DNA of 64,000 bases. Origin: an uncultured Acidimicrobiia bacterium. GTDB taxonomy: Bacteria > Actinomycetota > Acidimicrobiia > Acidimicrobiales > Ilumatobacteraceae. Every line of letters starts with the position of its first letter. The stretch's first letter is position 1. Positions 60,809-64,000 of the stretch are shown in pieces. The notes under the pieces are model-generated. The model saw only the letters and a program-made list of their open reading frames with translations, ran no database searches and was not told the origin of the DNA. The translations under genes and the position numbers were made by a program. The stretch covers positions 54,099 through 118,098 of the forward strand of contig CAWGZN010000002.1 in assembly GCA_963827075.1 (NCBI GenBank), given 5' to 3'.

Positions 60809-61721
60809 AACGAGGTGCGGAGCCCACCGACGGAGGATCCGCACGGATGCGTTCGGCCTCCCTGGCCGCGTGCCGGGTGATCCCGCGATAGCTGAAGCGG
60901 ACGACGATCCACCCCATCGCGGTGAGCTCGTTGTCCCGCACCCGGTCCTTCTCGAACTGCCACTTGTTGCGACCGTGCGTCTCCCAGCCGTCGCACTCGA
61001 GGATGACGATCGAATCGATGAAACGGAAGTCGACCTCGTAGCCGCTGACGATCGGATGGAACTCCACTGGCGGCAGCCGATAGGTCGCCACCAGCTTGCG
61101 CATGGCCGGCTCGAGCACGCTGTCGACCGGCTTGCCGTCGATGACCCATTCGTCGAGCGCATCTCGCAACGCAGGAACGCCGGCCCGGCCGCGCCGTGAA
61201 TGGCGGATGACGGCGCGGCGCAGCGCGACCGGGGATGCCAGTCCGTTCGTGATGACGTGGCCCACCGCGCCCGGCACCGAGTCGCAATCGAGGGCGCCGA
61301 GATCACAGAGCGTGCGGAGGATGTTCGTGGCCCGGATGCCCTTCCTGAGCACGGGCTTGAGATCGAGGTGGTCGCGAGGACGGTGGATGCACGCGCCCTC
61401 GATCGTCGCTCGGCGAGTGCGCTCGACCAGCATGACGTCGGGCGATTCACCCTCGGGACGTGGAATGCCCCAGAGGTGGGCCGCAGAGCGGTGCGACGCC
61501 ATCGCCCGGTCGCCGGCTGCGAGAACAGCTGCAGCGATGGTCTGCTCCACCGTGATCTCGGCGCCGTACATGCGAGCGACGTTCTGGTGCACCCGCTCGA
61601 GCGACCCATTGTCCAGGGCGCGGTACCACGTCGCCGTCGAGATGCCGAGCCGGCGGGCTGCTGCCCGGGTCACCAGTCCGTGGTGATCGTGGGCGTATTC
61701 GTCCAAACGTTGAAGGTCCAT
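60753..61721 (-). CDS. DUF559 (Vsr-like endonuclease fold) protein with N-terminal AbiEi-like HTH domain
   Basis: MDLQRLDEYAHDHHGLVTRAAARRLGISTATWYRALDNGSLERV (AbiEi_4-like) ... YEVDFRFIDSIVILECDGWETHG...DRVRDNELTAMGWIVVRFSY (DUF559 core). The ORF is open to 61790, but that start lies inside repeat C3. The C-terminal tail is encoded by repeat C2. Confidence 0.75.
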   Translation of the reverse strand: MDLQRLDEYAHDHHGLVTRAAARRLGISTATWYRALDNGSLERVHQNVARMYGAEITVEQTIAAAVLAAGDRAMASHRSAAHLWGIPRPEGESPDVMLVERTRRATIEGACIHRPRDHLDLKPVLRKGIRATNILRTLCDLGALDCDSVPGAVGHVITNGLASPVALRRAVIRHSRRGRAGVPALRDALDEWVIDGKPVDSVLEPAMRKLVATYRLPPVEFHPIVSGYEVDFRFIDSIVILECDGWETHGRNKWQFEKDRVRDNELTAMGWIVVRFSYRGITRHAAREAERIRADPPSVGSAPRSGRGCSQQLRRIAAQIGP

Positions 61722-61763
61722 ACCCCCTGGGGGGTGCGCACCGCCGAAAGGGGAAAGCGCACT

Positions 61764-61842
61764 CCATCTGGGCGCAGAATTTCTCGACATCTGGAAAGAA
61801 CCGCGCCCAGATCGGTCCGTGAGAAGGATCGCGCCCAGATCG
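61764..61842. repeat. Family C element, copy C3 (inverted relative to C1/C2)
   Basis: The reverse complement reads GATCTGGGCGCGATCCTTCTCACGGACCGATCTGGGCGCGGTTCTTTCCAGATGTCGAGAAATTCTGCGCCCAGATGG and aligns with C1 over its whole length. Confidence 0.85.
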
Positions 61843-61853
61843 TGGGTGGGGGG

Positions 61854-63377
61854 TCAGTTGCGGGCGTTGTAGTCGGCGATGAGGGCGTCGGACTGGTCGG
61901 CCGCGTCGGCGAGGGACGACGCCACGTCGGCGCCGTTGAAGATCGCCGCCACGGCGGAGGCAGTCACCGAACGCACCTCGCGCAGCGGTCCGATCACCGG
62001 CCCGACGGCGGCGAAGTCGTCGGCGCCGGCGACGACCTGGTCGTAGGACACCTTGAACCGCGGGTCGTCCCGATAGGTCGCGCGCAGCGGGTCGAGCCGC
62101 AACGCGCCCTGGTTCACCGGCGCGTAGCCGGACCGGGCCGCCCACTCCGACTGCGTCTCGGCCTTGACGAGGTACGTGATGAAGTCCCACGCCGCCGCGA
62201 CTTCTTCGTCCCCCTTGCCGGCGGTGAGGTAGAGCGCACCGCCACCGACGGTCGCCGATTCGGTCTCGCCCGGCCCCGGCATCGGACCGACCCCCACGTC
62301 GGCGGGGGTGAGTCCGGGGATCAGCCCCCCGCCGAGGGCGTCCAAAACGGTGCCCAACGCGGCGGACGTGGCGATCGCCATCGCCGCCGGGGCGTCTGGG
62401 TCGGCGAGCTTGAGCAGAGCGTCCTGCCCCTGGGGGTTGTCGCCCACCGTGACCGCCAACCCGTCGTTGATCAGCGACTGCACGTACGTCATCACCTCGA
62501 CCCCGAACGGCCCGGCGTACAGCACCCGCGTCGCCGGCGCCAGGCGACCGTTGCCGTTGTCGGCGTACGGCTCGCCGGCGCGGGCGAACCACTGCTCGAG
62601 GAACCACCCACCGCCCGAATCAACGCCAGAGTCGAGGGCGATCCCCGTCCCCGCCGCGCCCGAGTCGACGAGCGCCTGGGACGTCGCCCGCAGCTGCTCG
62701 AGCGACACCGGCGAGACATCGGGATCGAGGCCGGCCTCCTCGAACATCTTGCGGTTGTAGTAGAGGACGGGGTTGCTGACGTTGAACGGCATGCCCCACT
62801 GCACCCCCTCGGTCTGGTAGGCGAGGAGCGCCCGGGGAAGCAGCGGCGTCGTGTCGTAGTCGCTCGACTCGATGCATGCTCCGACCGGGATGACCGAGTC
62901 GGAGTCGGCGAGCTGCTGGACCGTGTACTCGGGGAAGATCGCCAGCCCGGGCCGGCCGCCCTGCCGGCTCTGCGTGAACTTGTCGATCACCTCCCGGTAC
63001 CCGCCCTGGTTCTCGATGCTGACTCGCACCTTGTCCTGACTGGCGTTGTAGGCGTCGGTCAGTTCGGTCAGCACCCCCTCGAGGACGCCGCTCAAGCCGT
63101 ACCACAGCGTGATCTCCACCGGGTCGGTGACACCATCGAGGGCGTCGACCGGGCACGGCGGCAGCGCGTCGAGCGGCGTCGTGGTCGTGGTGGCGATCGT
63201 CGGCGGGCTGGTGGGCGGCAGCGTCTGCCCGGGCACCGTGCTCGGCGGCGGTCCGGCGACGGTCGTCGCGGTCGTCGTGACCGGTACCTCCTCGTTGCCC
63301 GCCTGCAGGATCGACTTCCCCGACGAACACGCGGCGAGCAAGACGCACGCGAGCAGCGCCCGCCGGACCGCGCTCAA
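61854..63377 (-). CDS. ABC transporter substrate-binding lipoprotein, family 1 (sugar/glycerol-3-phosphate type)
   Basis: Intact 507 aa with an LLACVLLAACSSG lipobox and a Thr/Pro-rich linker. The SBP_bac_1-type body includes ITLWYGLSG..., GMPFNVSNPVLYYNRKMFEEAGLDP. It overlaps the upstream permease stop. Confidence 0.85.
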   Translation of the reverse strand: MSAVRRALLACVLLAACSSGKSILQAGNEEVPVTTTATTVAGPPPSTVPGQTLPPTSPPTIATTTTTPLDALPPCPVDALDGVTDPVEITLWYGLSGVLEGVLTELTDAYNASQDKVRVSIENQGGYREVIDKFTQSRQGGRPGLAIFPEYTVQQLADSDSVIPVGACIESSDYDTTPLLPRALLAYQTEGVQWGMPFNVSNPVLYYNRKMFEEAGLDPDVSPVSLEQLRATSQALVDSGAAGTGIALDSGVDSGGGWFLEQWFARAGEPYADNGNGRLAPATRVLYAGPFGVEVMTYVQSLINDGLAVTVGDNPQGQDALLKLADPDAPAAMAIATSAALGTVLDALGGGLIPGLTPADVGVGPMPGPGETESATVGGGALYLTAGKGDEEVAAAWDFITYLVKAETQSEWAARSGYAPVNQGALRLDPLRATYRDDPRFKVSYDQVVAGADDFAAVGPVIGPLREVRSVTASAVAAIFNGADVASSLADAADQSDALIADYNARN

Positions 63378-64000
63378 CCCTTCACCGCCCCAGACGTCAA
63401 TCCCCGCACGAGCTGGCGCTGGAAGATCAGCAGCCCGACGAAGATCGGGATGGCAGCGATCACCGTGCCCGCCATCACCAGGTTGGGCTCGTCGAGGCGG
63501 GCCTCGCTGATCTGCTTCAGCCCGACCGGCAACGTGTTCATGTCCGACTCGGTCGTGATCAGGACCGGCCAGAGGTACTGGAACCAGGAGGACAGGAACG
63601 TCAACAACGCGAGCGCCCCGATGGTCGGCCGCACCAGCGGCACCGCGACGTGGCGCAGGAATCCGACGTGTCCGACACCGTCGATCGCCGCCGCGTCACG
63701 GAGATCGCGTGGCAGGGTGAGGAAGACCTGGCGAATGAGGAACGTCCCCAACGCAGTCGCCAGGAACGGAACCGCCAGACCTTGGTACGTGTTCAGCCAC
63801 CCCAACGTGTCGACGGTGCGCCGGTTGACCACCACCGTCGCCTCGAACGGGACGAGGAGCGTGGCGAGGAACACGACGAACAGCAGCGTGCGACCGGGGA
63901 ACTCGAGGATGGCGAAGGCGTAGCCGGACAGCACCGACGTCACGATCTGGGCGACCATCACGAGCACCGTGACCACGATCGAGTTGACCATGTAGCGCCC
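63374..64000 (-). CDS. Carbohydrate ABC transporter permease (UgpE/MalG-like), 5' end outside window
   Basis: It has the EAA loop LPRDLRDAAAIDGVGHVGFLRHVAVPLVRP and the C-terminus ...FQRQLVRGLTSGAVKG. The frame is open to the window edge. Confidence 0.85.
   Translation of the reverse strand, partial: GRYMVNSIVVTVLVMVAQIVTSVLSGYAFAILEFPGRTLLFVVFLATLLVPFEATVVVNRRTVDTLGWLNTYQGLAVPFLATALGTFLIRQVFLTLPRDLRDAAAIDGVGHVGFLRHVAVPLVRPTIGALALLTFLSSWFQYLWPVLITTESDMNTLPVGLKQISEARLDEPNLVMAGTVIAAIPIFVGLLIFQRQLVRGLTSGAVKG

Overview
Very GC-rich chromosomal segment that looks actinobacterial. This rests on frequent GTG starts, 4-nt GTGA/ATGA stop-start overlaps, Tat/lipobox solute-binding proteins and a mycothiol-type DinB protein, and is an inference only. 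I can support about 55 protein-coding loci and one tRNA-Lys(UUU). I see no rRNA, CRISPR array, integrase/transposase, or recognisable defence or secondary-metabolite cluster. Functional blocks: (1) 1-12.9 kb, a methylated-amine/betaine module with two MttB-family methyltransferases, a dimethylglycine/sarcosine dehydrogenase-type enzyme, an OYE-type demethylase-like flavoprotein, TetR and a Dpp/Opp-type ABC importer. (2) 13-19.8 kb, Fe-ADH, an enolase-superfamily enzyme, XRE and LysR regulators, a desaturase and ketopantoate reductase. (3) 19.9-24.5 kb, a translationally coupled acyltransferase / PAP2 / flippase-like / acetoacetyl-CoA synthetase operon. (4) 24.8-45.6 kb, a long sugar block (galK-galT, GH42, sugar ABC importer, LacI, GH3, xylA-xylB, TPP enzyme, disulfide oxidoreductase) with HMG-CoA lyase, an acyl-CoA carboxyltransferase and a FAH-family gene embedded in it. 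(5) 45.7-64 kb, mixed housekeeping and accessory genes: SHOCT/DUF6325 pair, tRNA-Lys, CoxL-like molybdoenzyme, crotonase, PhoX, PLP decarboxylase, MBL hydrolase, asparaginase, AI-2E transporter, YcaQ-like protein, class-III aminotransferase, SDR, cyclophilin, a DUF559/AbiEi-like gene and a second sugar ABC system. I did not find a convincing novel multi-gene system. The signals worth a second look are: (a) 13 short palindromic elements, ten of them in three multi-copy families, occupying almost every longer intergenic junction; one is embedded in-frame in galT, others donate start or stop codons, and two bracket the DUF559 gene in inverted orientation. (b) A 216-bp in-frame tandem duplication in the carboxyltransferase whose copies differ only by 7 clustered synonymous changes. 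(c) Very many reading-frame disruptions distributed in patches; I think these are more likely local indel errors than real decay, but this must be tested. (d) A 39-codon DeoR C-terminal remnant wedged between the GH42 gene and galT. Boundaries of frameshifted loci are approximate. All homology statements come from reading the translations, not from searches.
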